Position numbers and translations under genes: made by a program. This document shows, one piece after another, positions 19,022 through 28,649 of a stretch of 64,000 nucleotides of DNA (position 1 is its first letter; every line of letters starts with the position of its first letter). The notes beneath the pieces were generated by a model. That model was not told the DNA's origin and ran no database searches. It saw only the letters and a list, made by a program, of their open reading frames with translations. The stretch lies in IMG/VR virus record IMGVR_UViG_3300020450_001133; one strand, given 5' to 3'. The stretch is from a virus. Lineage: Duplodnaviria; Caudoviricetes.

Positions 19022-19840
19022 TTATCTATATATAAACGGGTCTTCTTCTCTTATTTGATTTATTCTTTCTTTTAATAATCTTTCATCTCTTAAATGATTT
19101 TTATAAACTTCAGTCTTGTCTATTAAAAAGTAAATGAATCCACTTGTAAAACTTTTTTTGTTTAGTTTTTTACGAACATTGTCGCTTGTACTATCTGTAC
19201 TTATACTCGAGGTTACCAGTTGTACATTTTTTTCTGCACATATATCTTTTACTTGTTCTAGTGTAACTGTTTGTTCAAACGGATTATAAAACTGGTCCTT
19301 GAACCAACTTTCCCTTTGTTTTTCATCTTTAATATATTGTGTCATGCCTGTAAATATATCATACCAAGTATGTGTTGGAAATTGGTCAAACCATTCAAAC
19401 ATTGTATCTCTACTTTCTTTGTGATACAATCCTATAAAAGAATATTTGTTTGCACAATCAATTGCTTTACTGATTGTTTGTTTCATTGTGAAATCTGGTA
19501 TGTGATGTAATGCACCAATGCTAACAGTTAAATCTGCTGTTCTATCATTTGTCATTATATCTTGTTCAAAAAAATCTGCTGTAAAAACTTCATCAGAAGT
19601 TTGTTTTGCATAGTCTATATTTCCAGGTACAATGTCTAAACCTGTTACAGATAAACTAGGATAATTTTGTGCAATTCTGTTACTTAACCACCCGTTACCA
19701 CAACCAAGTTCTAAAACATTAGAAATGTCTTTGGTATCTAAAAGTGTTTCTAAAATGGGTAAAGGTAACTCTTCTGAGTTTACTTTTTCTTGGGGAGTGT
19801 TAAATTGTATTTCCGAATAGTATTGTTTTACAAGATCCAT
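19022..19840 (-). CDS. class I SAM-dependent methyltransferase
   Basis: VLELGCGNG motif I, VTGLDI, IGALHH. Confidence 0.85.
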   Translation of the reverse strand: MDLVKQYYSEIQFNTPQEKVNSEELPLPILETLLDTKDISNVLELGCGNGWLSNRIAQNYPSLSVTGLDIVPGNIDYAKQTSDEVFTADFFEQDIMTNDRTADLTVSIGALHHIPDFTMKQTISKAIDCANKYSFIGLYHKESRDTMFEWFDQFPTHTWYDIFTGMTQYIKDEKQRESWFKDQFYNPFEQTVTLEQVKDICAEKNVQLVTSSISTDSTSDNVRKKLNKKSFTSGFIYFLIDKTEVYKNHLRDERLLKERINQIREEDPFIYR

Positions 19841-19845
19841 AATGT

Positions 19846-19874
19846 AATGTACTATAAATTAATTTGTTTGTCAA
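19846..19874 (-). promoter_or_regulatory. sigma70-like promoter TTGACA-N17-TACATT, 5 nt before the methyltransferase ATG
   Basis: Read directly from the sequence. Confidence 0.55.
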
Positions 19875-19880
19875 TCAAAA

Positions 19881-20648
19881 TTAACCAATAATGAATCCTA
19901 AAGGTGCATTGCCTTCTTCCATATTGTGTAAACCTGCAATCAATTGTTCCATTTCAGTTAATGCTTCTGATTTGAGAGCATCACCGTTCAATGTTGTAGC
20001 ACCGCCAGGCCCAGGAAGTCCTCCAGGGAATTTGCTTCTTGCTTCACCTAACATCATTTTACTTTGTGCTAGTGCGTATGCACTTAACCATTCAGCGGCA
20101 TAAACATCTTTTATTAAAACACTTTCTGGAATAAAGTTATTAACACCTATTGCAATATCTTCTTCATGATTAACATTTCTTAAAATAGTTAGTTCTTTTG
20201 TATTTCTATTAAATGTAAAGTTGTATTCACTACCAAATATACGACCAATAGTTTCTTTGTATTGTGCAAATGCATCAAATACTGCAAGTCCACCAATTTG
20301 TCCTGCTTGTAGCATATACATATTATTGAATGCAACATCAAATGGATCAAAATTAGTACCGCCACCACTGTTGGTACCAATACCACGTCTATATAATCTT
20401 CTAACGTCTATAACTTCATCAGGTAAAGTATATTTTGTTACACCTGCTTGAGTTTGTATGAATATAACTGCTTCTTCAACACTTCCTGAACTCAACTGCC
20501 TATACTTTTGTATAGATTTATTGATTGCAATATCGTAATGGTCTCTGTCTAATTCAACATCTACCATGCCATCAGCAAGACGTAATTGAATCTCTTCAAT
20601 TATTTCGTTTCTACTGCCATATCCTATCTGGTCTATCTTAGTTGCCAT
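19881..20648 (-). CDS. neck protein (gp13-like)
   Basis: LADGMVDVEL, LGEARSKF...PGPGGATTLNGDAL. Start moved to ATG 20648 behind GATAAATA. Confidence 0.85.
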   Translation of the reverse strand: MATKIDQIGYGSRNEIIEEIQLRLADGMVDVELDRDHYDIAINKSIQKYRQLSSGSVEEAVIFIQTQAGVTKYTLPDEVIDVRRLYRRGIGTNSGGGTNFDPFDVAFNNMYMLQAGQIGGLAVFDAFAQYKETIGRIFGSEYNFTFNRNTKELTILRNVNHEEDIAIGVNNFIPESVLIKDVYAAEWLSAYALAQSKMMLGEARSKFPGGLPGPGGATTLNGDALKSEALTEMEQLIAGLHNMEEGNAPLGFIIG

Positions 20649-20705
20649 ACTACTATTTATCACTTTTTGGGTTTTAACCAAAAAATATATGTATGGTTTG
20701 AAGGT

Positions 20706-21866
20706 TTAAAATACTTGTAAAAGTATGATTGAATCGTTAATTCTGCCTGTTAATTTAGTAGGCGTTGTTTTTACTTCGTCAAATGCTTTTGCAAATTTTG
20801 TTTTTGCTCTGCCAGTCCAGTTGTTTATTTGTTCTGCAGGCTTTCTTAAAGTTTTTTGCACACTAGTTTCTTCGTTAAAGTCTTGTATAGTAGTTCCTTT
20901 AACCATTAGACCTGCACCTTGTCTTTGTAATCCACGTGGGTCTTTGTCTTTTGCGTGGTAAACTCCTACTTTACGGGTCTTTGTATTGTACACCCATAGT
21001 TCATTGGCGTAGACGACGTCTGTGGGCGATATAGATGCTATTCCTAATGCTCCATCATTAAGTTGAAACTTTAACTTTTTGATAATTACATCTTTACTTC
21101 TTGCTCTCGGTTTACGTTGTTTTCTACTTGCTTTACCTGTAAGTATAATTGCATCACAGGCGGCATTTATTTTTTCAAAGAAAGCAACATAGTCTTTCTT
21201 CATTTTCTTATCCATAAAACTGTATGCTTCTTTTAATTGCTCACATGTTCCTGCTAAATTTTCTAATGCTTCTGCATGTATGCCTTCGTATTGTTCTTTT
21301 ACTATTTTAGCATGTGCAGGTTTTATAAGTCCACCACCATAAACTTTCATATCTTTTTCTGGATCAAACTTTTTAAGGTCAAACTTTTCTTTCTCAATAA
21401 ATTTATCTAGCATGTCGTCCCAATCACCACAAAGTTCTGTTACTTGTTCTAGCATTCTTTCTTGAATAGAAATTTTTGGTTTTGCATCTTTTTTCTTTTC
21501 TTGTTGTACTTCAACAACTTCTTTTCCAGTTTCTAAAAGAGCCTCTTTTCTACTGTCATAAAACTTTGCAAAACATTCTGGCATGTATCCTAACTTATCC
21601 CAACACCAAGCATACTTGGCACTACTGCTAAATCGCCAATCAGGATTTTTCAATATTATTTTTATTTCTTCTTTATCCCAACCACTTGCATCTTTTACCC
21701 ACTTACGATATTTGGCTACTGCATCTTTTGTTGAGATTTCAGAATGCACAAAATAGTCAACTGACCTGAATGCTTTCTCTTGTTGCTCAGGATCAGTTAT
21801 ACCCCTGTACTGTTTCCAGTCAGGTTCTTTTGTTACATATACTGTTCTTTGTTTTCGTTTTGCCAT
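20706..21866 (-). CDS. conserved-looking phage hypothetical protein, Lys-rich
   Basis: 386-aa ORF under its own sigma70-type promoter; no function recognised. Confidence 0.7.
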   Translation of the reverse strand: MAKRKQRTVYVTKEPDWKQYRGITDPEQQEKAFRSVDYFVHSEISTKDAVAKYRKWVKDASGWDKEEIKIILKNPDWRFSSSAKYAWCWDKLGYMPECFAKFYDSRKEALLETGKEVVEVQQEKKKDAKPKISIQERMLEQVTELCGDWDDMLDKFIEKEKFDLKKFDPEKDMKVYGGGLIKPAHAKIVKEQYEGIHAEALENLAGTCEQLKEAYSFMDKKMKKDYVAFFEKINAACDAIILTGKASRKQRKPRARSKDVIIKKLKFQLNDGALGIASISPTDVVYANELWVYNTKTRKVGVYHAKDKDPRGLQRQGAGLMVKGTTIQDFNEETSVQKTLRKPAEQINNWTGRAKTKFAKAFDEVKTTPTKLTGRINDSIILLQVF

Positions 21867-21898
21867 CTTTTGTTTTTCACCAAAATATAGTGCTAGTT

Positions 21899-21927
21899 AG
21901 TATAACTTCAAAAAATTTTTATGTCAA
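21899..21927 (-). promoter_or_regulatory. sigma70-type promoter TTGACA-N17-TATACT
   Basis: Read directly from the sequence. Confidence 0.7.
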
Positions 21928-21957
21928 TTGGTAAATTTTGAACTAAAAGGAAGGTTT

Positions 21958-22380
21958 TTACAGTTTTTTGGCTGTTAAACCAATTGTTGCAGATGCTACA
22001 CGATTTTCGCCATCAAATACTTTGCAGTCATAAAAAATATGATTTAATTTACGTCTGGTAAGTTTGGCTTCAAGTCTTAATCTTGTTCCAGGGAATACAG
22101 GAAATCTAAATTTACATTTGTCTACACTTGTTACAAAAGTGACATAGTCCTCATGTTTGAGTTCGCCTTGTTCCTTTCCTGCTAAATGAAGTGCATGGAG
22201 ACCAGCACATTGATTCATACCTTCTATTATGTAAACACCGGGCCAAATTTTTACATGTGGGAAGTGTCCTTCTAATACTGGATGTGCATTATGTACCATA
22301 TATGTTGCTTCAATTTCTTCATCGCTAATAATACGGTGTTCGTCAATTAATGCTATCGGATGTCTGTGTGGTAGTTCCAT
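21958..22380 (-). CDS. fabZ: FabZ/FabA-like hotdog-fold 3-hydroxyacyl-ACP dehydratase
   Basis: LPHRHPIALID, EGHFP..WPGVYIIEGMNQ, KFRFPVFPG match FabZ motifs. Confidence 0.8.
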   Translation of the reverse strand: MELPHRHPIALIDEHRIISDEEIEATYMVHNAHPVLEGHFPHVKIWPGVYIIEGMNQCAGLHALHLAGKEQGELKHEDYVTFVTSVDKCKFRFPVFPGTRLRLEAKLTRRKLNHIFYDCKVFDGENRVASATIGLTAKKL

Positions 22381-22405
22381 ATATGCTATTTACTTTGCTA
22401 TGGAT

Positions 22406-24217
22406 TTATTTTGTTAAAAGTTTGGTTATGTACCAATTTATTTTTTGTATTTCTATATTGTTAATCTCATCAATAGTTTTTGGATTGTATTCATCAAAGT
22501 CTTCTCGTTTGATGCCATTCATTGTATAAGGCATGCCAAAAGATTTATTAAGCAAATTGTGTGTTAATTTTCCAAATTTTAAAAGTCTATTATTTAAGTT
22601 GCCTGAATATTTCATTGCATCTAGAAGTCCAACACCATTTCTGTTTTTGTATATAAACTCATTTGAAAAAATATCTTTAACTTGTTGAGGTATAGGTTGT
22701 CCATTCATGTAATGGTCTGTAGGCTCATACCCATAGTCTTTCCAATTCCTTTGAAACTCACTGTCTGTTCTTGCATCGTATCCTTCTGGTCTAATACCTA
22801 ATGCTCTCATGTTAGTTCCTATCATTGGGTTTTGGTCTGATACTAAAAAGTTAGCCATTTCTTTTAAACTTTCTTTTGTGTCGCTTGGTAGTCCTGCAAT
22901 AAAGCCACTAGCCATATCAACATCTTTCCAAACATCTGCTTTTAGTTCTCTCATATATTCGAACTGCAACATAGGATTCAAGCCTTTACCTATATCTTTT
23001 GCACTATCAGGATTTGTTGTTTCTACTCCAAACTGAACATGGACTATCCCAGCATCTGCAATCACTTGTGCTTGACTTGGTGTTTTGTTTCTATTTGCAT
23101 ACAATAAATCTAATCTAATATAACAAGCAAACTTTAATTTAAAAGGTAATGATTTAGACATCTCCATAAAGTCAACCATTTTTTGATGGTCATCATTAAA
23201 TGTGTCATCAACAATCCAATAACATTCAACACCAAATTTTTCATAATTATGAATTAACTCTTGTTTAATTAAATCCATATCTCTTATTGCTTCACCTTTT
23301 TCTTTTCCGTTTAAAGCAAAAGAACAAAATTTACATTTAAAAATACAACCTCTACTAACTTCTATAGATAATACTTCGCCTGGATATACTAAGTCATCAT
23401 CATGCCATTTCATTGTTGAATGTTTTACATCTTGTCTGCTTAATACATCTTCTTTGTATGGCATGCCTTCAAAATTTACAGGTAAATCTAAAGGATCTCC
23501 ACCTTTTAGTTCGTTTAAAATTTCAGGTGCTGTTTCTTCTCCGTATCCTATATTAACAATGTCTACGTTTCTATATTTAGAACCTCTATTTGTAAATGCT
23601 CCACCCTTAATAAATTTAACATTAGAATTTTTTTGTTTTACATAATCAACAAACAAATCGTCTATCTCTTCACCGTGCGGTAGAAAGCCTTGATAAAAAT
23701 CTTCTTTAAAAGCATTTTCATCTATGTAATGTTTATTTTTGATTTCAGCACCATAAAACGGATCTAGATTCCAACTAGACGGCTTAATGTTCATTCTATT
23801 TGGAATTTTAAGTAGGAAAGTGTTACTAATACCAACTGCTAAAGTATTGTCTCCTATATATTTGTCTACAATAAGTCTTAATGTTGCTATGTCCAATTGT
23901 GTAACAAAGTCAACTACTTGAACTGTAAATCCACTTTCTCTACATTCGTGGGCAAGTTTATAGGCACCTAATGCTCTATTGCCTACAAAAGAAAATTTAT
24001 CAAACCAACCACGTTGCCATAAATGTTGATTCATTTTAACAGGATCATCTTTTATGTCTTTAAAATGTGAAGAAAGACTTGCCCTGTTATCTAATAGGTA
24101 TGTGCCATAACCTGCGTGTTCATGCATACCCCAAAAAACGTTATCTGTAAATATAACGAATTCAACAGGAGTATGTTCCACTTCAATAAATCTGTGGGGG
24201 TTAATGATACCTTTCAT
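22406..24217 (-). CDS. radical SAM protein with probable N-terminal B12-binding-like domain
   Basis: EVSRGCIFKCKFCSF (CxxxCxxC), VDDTFN, QFGVET, FIAGLP. Confidence 0.85.
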   Translation of the reverse strand: MKGIINPHRFIEVEHTPVEFVIFTDNVFWGMHEHAGYGTYLLDNRASLSSHFKDIKDDPVKMNQHLWQRGWFDKFSFVGNRALGAYKLAHECRESGFTVQVVDFVTQLDIATLRLIVDKYIGDNTLAVGISNTFLLKIPNRMNIKPSSWNLDPFYGAEIKNKHYIDENAFKEDFYQGFLPHGEEIDDLFVDYVKQKNSNVKFIKGGAFTNRGSKYRNVDIVNIGYGEETAPEILNELKGGDPLDLPVNFEGMPYKEDVLSRQDVKHSTMKWHDDDLVYPGEVLSIEVSRGCIFKCKFCSFALNGKEKGEAIRDMDLIKQELIHNYEKFGVECYWIVDDTFNDDHQKMVDFMEMSKSLPFKLKFACYIRLDLLYANRNKTPSQAQVIADAGIVHVQFGVETTNPDSAKDIGKGLNPMLQFEYMRELKADVWKDVDMASGFIAGLPSDTKESLKEMANFLVSDQNPMIGTNMRALGIRPEGYDARTDSEFQRNWKDYGYEPTDHYMNGQPIPQQVKDIFSNEFIYKNRNGVGLLDAMKYSGNLNNRLLKFGKLTHNLLNKSFGMPYTMNGIKREDFDEYNPKTIDEINNIEIQKINWYITKLLTK

Positions 24218-24236
24218 AATGTAGTATTTATTAATT

Positions 24237-24313
24237 TGGTCCGCCCGGCAGGACTCGAACCTGCAACCTACGGTTTAGAAGACCGTTGTTCTATCCAGTT
24301 GAACTACGGGCGG
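24237..24313 (-). tRNA. tRNA-Arg(TCT)
   Basis: Cloverleaf: acceptor CCGCCCG/CGGGCGG, anticodon arm ACGGT-CTTCTAA-ACCGT, GTTCGAG T-loop, A20, encoded CCA. Confidence 0.95.
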
Positions 24314-24319
24314 TAAATT

Positions 24320-25036
24320 TTAATCTACAAATGCCCTTTCTAGAACAAAGTCTCCTGGTTCACCCAAGTTTCCTTCTTGGAAACCTAAGTTTTCAAAATA
24401 GTCCCTGCACTCATAATTCATGTCTGGACCTCCACACACCATAACTCTGTCAGTTTCTTTGTTAAAGCCACCGTTAGTAAAGTTATCAATGTGTTCCCAA
24501 AAACGACCTTTACGCACATAATCTTCCTGTGTGCAAGTGTCGTAATATGTTAAAGGAAATGTATTGCACATTTCTTGTATAACATCTGTGTAAGTGTGTT
24601 CTGCATGTGTTCTTGTGGTATGACAAAGTATAACACTTTTAAACTTTTCGTATGTTGCTGGGTCTCTTATAATACTCATAAAAGGTGCTATACCTGTTCC
24701 TGTTGACAGCAAATATAAATTATCTGCTTGAGTTACGTTATCAATCGTTAAAGTGCCTGTACACTTAGGGTTTACTAAAACTTCGTCTCCAACTTTTAAA
24801 TGCTGTAAACGACTTGTAAGAGGTCCGTCTGGTACCTTTATGCTTAAGAACTCTAACTCATCTTCATAGTTTGCACTAGCAATACTGTATGCTCTTAATA
24901 AAGGTTTGTCATTTACCTTTAATCCAATCATAGCAAACTCTCCGTTTGCAAAACGAAAAGATTGATTTCTTGTGGTTTTAAAACTGAATGTTTTATCTGT
25001 CCAGTGATGAACCCATGTAACTGTTTCTATGTTCAA
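24320..25036 (-). CDS. fpr: ferredoxin/flavodoxin-NADP+ reductase
   Basis: LRAYSIAS, DGPLTSRL, STGTGIAPF, MVCGGP, C-terminal ERAFVD. Confidence 0.93.
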   Translation of the reverse strand: MNIETVTWVHHWTDKTFSFKTTRNQSFRFANGEFAMIGLKVNDKPLLRAYSIASANYEDELEFLSIKVPDGPLTSRLQHLKVGDEVLVNPKCTGTLTIDNVTQADNLYLLSTGTGIAPFMSIIRDPATYEKFKSVILCHTTRTHAEHTYTDVIQEMCNTFPLTYYDTCTQEDYVRKGRFWEHIDNFTNGGFNKETDRVMVCGGPDMNYECRDYFENLGFQEGNLGEPGDFVLERAFVD

Positions 25037-25290
25037 TGTTTAGTCGCCTTAAATGATTCAATCATAGCATTTCGAACTTCTGGATCTTTAAGTTTTTCTA
25101 TAAACTCTTTGTTTATTTCAAAAGTTATACCTTTTTCCATCTGCGATAACAAACTTAAATCATCAACGCCTAGCATAACACACACTTCTTCAAATGTCAA
25201 TAAGTTTAAGCCTTTTTCTTTTGCTTCTAATAACAATTCGAAGATTGCATCTGTTATTAAATCTTCTAAATCTTTATACTTCTCAGTCAT
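25033..25290 (-). CDS. hypothetical protein
   Basis: 85-aa ORF beginning 12 nt after the tRNA-Ala 3' end; coupled to fpr. Confidence 0.6.
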   Translation of the reverse strand: MTEKYKDLEDLITDAIFELLLEAKEKGLNLLTFEEVCVMLGVDDLSLLSQMEKGITFEINKEFIEKLKDPEVRNAMIESFKATKH

Positions 25291-25301
25291 TTCTCACCAC
25301 A

Positions 25302-25377
25302 TGGTGGAGCGGACAGGGGTCGAACCTGCGACCTTCTGGATGCAAACCAGACGCTCTCCCAACTGAGCTACCGCCCC
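25302..25377 (-). tRNA. tRNA-Ala(TGC)
   Basis: GGGGCGG/CCGCTCC acceptor with G3:U70, TCTGG-TTTGCAT-CCAGA anticodon arm, encoded CCA. Confidence 0.95.
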
Positions 25378-25403
25378 TAGTGTTCATATTTACCAGAAAA
25401 ATC

Positions 25404-25493
25404 TGGCGGAGAGGGAGAGATTCGAACTCTCGGTACAGTTACCCGTACTCTTCCTTAGCAGGGAAGTGCTTTAAGCCACTCAGCCACCTCTCC
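25404..25493 (-). tRNA. tRNA-Ser(GCT)
   Basis: CTTCC-CTGCTAA-GGAAG anticodon arm, long variable arm, GTTCGAAT T-loop, G73, encoded CCA. Confidence 0.95.
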
Positions 25494-25503
25494 AATTTAT
25501 TGT

Positions 25504-25531
25504 ATTATACTTTATTTAAAGGGAATGTCAA
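25504..25531 (-). promoter_or_regulatory. sigma70-type promoter TTGACA-N16-TATAAT for the tRNA/fpr unit
   Basis: Hexamers ~10 nt upstream of tRNA-Ser. Confidence 0.75.
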
Positions 25532-26162
25532 GTCTAATTGTAAGACCTAATTTAGATTCACAGGTCATTTTGCCTGTTGCATGTATGCTTTTAGCATCGA
25601 ACTTTAACAAACTTCCAGGTTTAAATGGATATGCAGTACCACTTAAACTAAACCATGCTTCTTTGGGTTGATGGCTTAAATGCTCATAAAGATTTTCATC
25701 TATATCTTTTTCAGTTGCATTTAAAATATCATAATCACATGGTCTGCCTAATAATTCTTTGTTTGCTTGAAATCTTGCTGATTTGTTATTAAAAGTCCAT
25801 GTATTGCCACTACTATTCCAGTACTGGTCAAATATTACTAAGTGTGGTTTTGAATCATCTGCTACTTCAAGTGGCATAACAATATTTGTTATTTCTTTAT
25901 CATGATAGTCTGTGTGAGGATATAAAGGTTCTGTGTGTTTGTAAAAATGTGCTGTTGTAATATTTTCAACAGCCACATCTATTAAATTAGCAATAAACTC
26001 AAGATGCTCTGGCAATCTTATACTAATCATATTATTAGGAAGTTTTGCTTTGCTAAAAGGTTCTTTATAAAAGATACTTTTTAAATATTCTATACTGTCT
26101 TTGTCTATTGCGTTTTCTAAGTACACAGGTTCTAGTGTTGTCATGCATATATTTATAATCAC
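25512..26162 (-). CDS. putative 2OG-Fe(II) oxygenase-like (DSBH) protein
   Basis: PHTD (HxD), NIVMPL, and distal KFDAKSIHAT; start could be MTTLEP at 26144. Confidence 0.5.
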   Translation of the reverse strand: MIINICMTTLEPVYLENAIDKDSIEYLKSIFYKEPFSKAKLPNNMISIRLPEHLEFIANLIDVAVENITTAHFYKHTEPLYPHTDYHDKEITNIVMPLEVADDSKPHLVIFDQYWNSSGNTWTFNNKSARFQANKELLGRPCDYDILNATEKDIDENLYEHLSHQPKEAWFSLSGTAYPFKPGSLLKFDAKSIHATGKMTCESKLGLTIRLDIPFK

Positions 26163-26203
26163 TACCTGTTGCCCGAATATCCAAAAGTGATAAATACTAC
26201 ATT

Positions 26204-27232
26204 ATGCCAAGATTACAACTGTGGAACAAGTTCAAAAAGAATGACTATGACTTCATAGACAGAATAACTGCCGAATTTATTAATGCAGGTGGTACAGGTG
26301 TTTTTGTTCACAAATACATTGGGACATATCAAGATGATACCACTGCTAGTATAGGGTCAGATGAACTTTATATACAAGATGTGCTGTTTTTAGAAAACAG
26401 AGATAGAAAGTATGATACTGATATTTACGAATTAAGGGGTTCATATACACCTGCAGATCCAGATTTTGATTTAACACAATTTGGTTTATTTGTAAACAAT
26501 GATAATATTTTTATGACTTTCCACATGAATACATGTGCAAGTTTACTTGGCAGACGTTTAATGGCAGGTGATGTTGTTGAATTGCCACATCTAAGAGATG
26601 ATTTATTATTAGGTGGTGGTGATGCTGTAAACAGATTCTTTGTTGTAAGTGATTCAGGCAGACCAGCAGAAGGATATGATCCTAGATGGTGGCCTCACTT
26701 ATGGAGAGTCAAACTTACAAACATTACTGATAGTCCAGAATACAGAGATATATTAGGAACAGGCGATACTGCTACTGACCTTAGAAATACATTAAGTACT
26801 TACAGTACTGAACTTGCTATTTCAGATAAGGTTATGGAACTTGCCAATGCTGATGTAAAATATGACACAGGTTACTTTGAAGGTGGACATTTATACATAG
26901 ATGAAAACAGTCAAGATAAACCAGGTGTACATTTTTCAGGCGATGGTACTCCTCCAAATGGTATAAGTATTGTTGGCAGTGGTACAAGTTTCCCTGCAAG
27001 TTGTGAAAACGGAGATTATTTCTTGAGAACAGATTTTGAACCAAACAGATTATTTAAAAAGAACGGATCTAGATGGAGTAAAGTAAGTGACGATACCACT
27101 AGAAAATGGTCAGCCGCAAACAAACTGCTTACAACATTTGTTAATAATAGTAACATTACCACAAACAGTGATGGTACTACACAGGCAGAAAAAACTAATT
27201 TAAGTAAAGCGGTAAAACCAAAGGCAGATTAA
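26204..27232 (+). CDS. neck/head-closure protein (gp14-like)
   Basis: IQDVLFLENRDRKYD, LTQFGLF, MAGDVVELPH, WWPHLWRVK; precedes gp15. Confidence 0.8.
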   Translation: MPRLQLWNKFKKNDYDFIDRITAEFINAGGTGVFVHKYIGTYQDDTTASIGSDELYIQDVLFLENRDRKYDTDIYELRGSYTPADPDFDLTQFGLFVNNDNIFMTFHMNTCASLLGRRLMAGDVVELPHLRDDLLLGGGDAVNRFFVVSDSGRPAEGYDPRWWPHLWRVKLTNITDSPEYRDILGTGDTATDLRNTLSTYSTELAISDKVMELANADVKYDTGYFEGGHLYIDENSQDKPGVHFSGDGTPPNGISIVGSGTSFPASCENGDYFLRTDFEPNRLFKKNGSRWSKVSDDTTRKWSAANKLLTTFVNNSNITTNSDGTTQAEKTNLSKAVKPKAD

Positions 27233-27233
27233 T

Positions 27234-28649
27234 ATGAGTAGCAATATGGATTACTGGTATGATGCTCAAATACGAAGATATTTGACACAGTTCATGCGAA
27301 TTTTTAGTGGCTTTAAAGTTAATGAAGGTGTGCGTGATGGCGCAACATACTTTAATAGAGTGCCTGTAAGATATGCAGATATGCAAAGAATGGTGGCTCA
27401 CATACTAAAGAAAGGTAGTGAGAATATGGTAAACAGTACACCGTTTATTGCATGTAGTATTGGAAGTTTGCTTATTGCTAGAGACAGAGTACATGAGCCT
27501 ATGCTAGTTGATAAATTACAAATTGCTGAAAGACAATTTGATTCTAGTGCTAATGCATACTCATCAAGCGGTAATGCAAGTACAAGACCAGGTAACTTAT
27601 ACAGTACGGATAGATATATGCCTGTGCCATATAATTTAACTATGCAAGTTGATATATGGAGTGGTAATACAGACCAAAAATTACAACTATTAGAACAAAT
27701 TTTAATCTTGTTTAATCCAAGTATTCAGTTACAACAAAACACTAACCCATTAGATTGGACTAGTGTATTTGAAGTTGAACTTACTGATATGCAATGGAGT
27801 AACAGAAGTATTCCTGCTGGTGTTGATGAAACTATAGATGTTTCTACATTAACATTTACTTTGCCTATTTGGTTAAGTCCTCCAGCAAAAGTTAAAAGAC
27901 AAAAAATTATTAATAATATTGTAAACAACATTTATGATACTAGTAGTATTAGTAATTTAGGATATGATGAAGACATATATGACTTCTTTAGAACATTAGA
28001 TGATGAATTTGAATTACACACAATTATTCCTAATAACTATGAAGTTAAAATAGAAGGCACAGATGCACAACTTTTAAAAGATGGATCTAGTTTAGCAAAT
28101 TGGAATGACCTATTAGAAATATTGTCACCACAAGGAAGCCAAGGTAGTCTAGCAAATTCAAGTGTGTCTATTGCAGATATTCCTTTAACAACAGGAAGTA
28201 CATTACAACTTAATATATCAAACGATGTTGATGCTTCAACTAATTTAATCTCAGGATATGTAACTAGAAATAGTTTAGATCCTTCTAAATTAGTTTTTAC
28301 ATTAGATGCTGATACATTGCCTAGCACTACATTAACAGACGTGACAAGAATTGTTGATGCTAGTGTAAACTATCCAGGAGATGGAACATTAGATGCGGCG
28401 GCAGTAGGACAACGATATTTGCTTACAGGTGAAATACAAGGAAACCAATGGGGCATAACTGCTGATGCAAACGACATTATAGAATATAGCGGTAGTGCAT
28501 GGAGTAAAGTTTTTGATGCCAGCACAATTACAGCAGTTCACTATGTTAAGAATTTATACACAAACAAACAGTTCAAATGGGAAAACAATATATGGACAAG
28601 CACTTACGAAGGTCAGTACAATCCAGGGTTTTGGAGACTCAACATATAA
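27234..28649 (+). CDS. tail terminator/sheath stabiliser (gp15-like) with C-terminal extension
   Basis: YWYDAQIRRY, MPVPYNL, QKLQLLEQILILFNP, FTLPIWLSPP. Confidence 0.85.
   Translation: MSSNMDYWYDAQIRRYLTQFMRIFSGFKVNEGVRDGATYFNRVPVRYADMQRMVAHILKKGSENMVNSTPFIACSIGSLLIARDRVHEPMLVDKLQIAERQFDSSANAYSSSGNASTRPGNLYSTDRYMPVPYNLTMQVDIWSGNTDQKLQLLEQILILFNPSIQLQQNTNPLDWTSVFEVELTDMQWSNRSIPAGVDETIDVSTLTFTLPIWLSPPAKVKRQKIINNIVNNIYDTSSISNLGYDEDIYDFFRTLDDEFELHTIIPNNYEVKIEGTDAQLLKDGSSLANWNDLLEILSPQGSQGSLANSSVSIADIPLTTGSTLQLNISNDVDASTNLISGYVTRNSLDPSKLVFTLDADTLPSTTLTDVTRIVDASVNYPGDGTLDAAAVGQRYLLTGEIQGNQWGITADANDIIEYSGSAWSKVFDASTITAVHYVKNLYTNKQFKWENNIWTSTYEGQYNPGFWRLNI

Noticed and set aside
24237-24313. C1:G72 pair with A73 in tRNA-Arg as an identity switch toward Pro
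   Set aside because: The UCU anticodon and A20 fit normal Arg identity; there is no further evidence of recoding.
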